Part shown: one piece after another, positions 63,818 through 64,000 of the stretch | Layout: every line of letters begins with the position of its first letter | How positions within the stretch are numbered: position 1 is the first letter of the stretch | From: Stegostoma tigrinum | Lineage: Eukaryota | Length of the DNA stretch: 64,000 nt | Assembly: GCF_030684315.1 (NCBI RefSeq) | Contig: NC_081373.1 | Coordinates: 47,878,066-47,942,065, forward strand | Direction of reading: 5' to 3' | Position numbers and translations under genes: made by a program | Notes under the pieces: model-generated | Databases searched by the model: none | What the model saw: only the letters and a program-made list of their open reading frames with translations | Told to the model about the DNA's origin: nothing

Positions 63818-64000
63818 GGTAATGGTCTAGTGGTATTATCACTTGATTGATTATACAGAGACTTAGGGAATGTTCTAGTGACCTAGGTTTTAATCCCACC
63901 ATTGGCATGTGATGGAATGTGAAATTGATAAAAAATATGGAATTGAGAGTCTGATGATGACTCCGAAACCATTGTCGATTGTCACTAATGCCCTTTAGAA
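63818..64000 (+). mobile_element. tRNA-derived SINE with L2-like tail (partial)
   Basis: ggtctagtggtattatcact...ggttttaatcccacc...gaaaccattgtcgattgt; same family as 42478-42790. Confidence 0.7.

Noticed and set aside
63951-63980. CTGATGA-tgactcc-GAAAC hammerhead look-alike
   Set aside because: No pairing stem II, and the sibling SINE copy at about 42650 reads ctaatga; likely chance
43817-64000. PCDH15 CD1 exon, transmembrane exon or cadherin-repeat exons
   Set aside because: No long minus-strand Pro-rich ORF ending in an STxL-like motif and no cadherin motifs seen; presumably outside the window
1-64000. Prokaryotic systems (CRISPR array, retron, operon) suggested by RT and nuclease ORFs
   Set aside because: Spliceosomal exon structure and vertebrate retroelements explain the RT, APE and GIY-YIG domains; no regularly spaced repeat-spacer array seen

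Overview
Eukaryotic vertebrate genomic DNA, most likely from a shark (HE1-type tRNA SINEs, shark-type CR1/L2/Rex1 LINEs and Penelope-like elements). The only host gene I can support is the 3' end of protocadherin-15 (PCDH15, the hair-cell tip-link cadherin) on the minus strand. It comprises three short exons missed by the ORF track (22, 39 and 74 nt at 43327-43816), a shared 136-nt exon (36544-36679) and two alternative terminal exons. One is a CD2-type exon expanded to 629 aa and ending GTSF* (31224-33113); the other is the CD3 exon ending PMTKL* (29754-30329). All splice sites are GT-AG and phase-compatible. The CD1 exon and upstream exons are not visible and presumably lie beyond base 64000. 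The rest is intron or intergenic DNA dense in mobile elements: a young near-intact CR1 ORF2 (50620-53468, one frameshift) with an inverted sibling at 1-1775, a solo LTR, Harbinger fossils and SINEs. It also holds a recurring class of Penelope-derived palindromic insertions (0.18-2.4 kb) flanked by 12-17 bp target-site duplications and carrying hammerhead-ribozyme-like cores. Most short ORFs in the track are spurious or decayed TE fragments. Gene and family assignments are from recalled motifs, not from searches, and TE boundaries are approximate unless a TSD is given.
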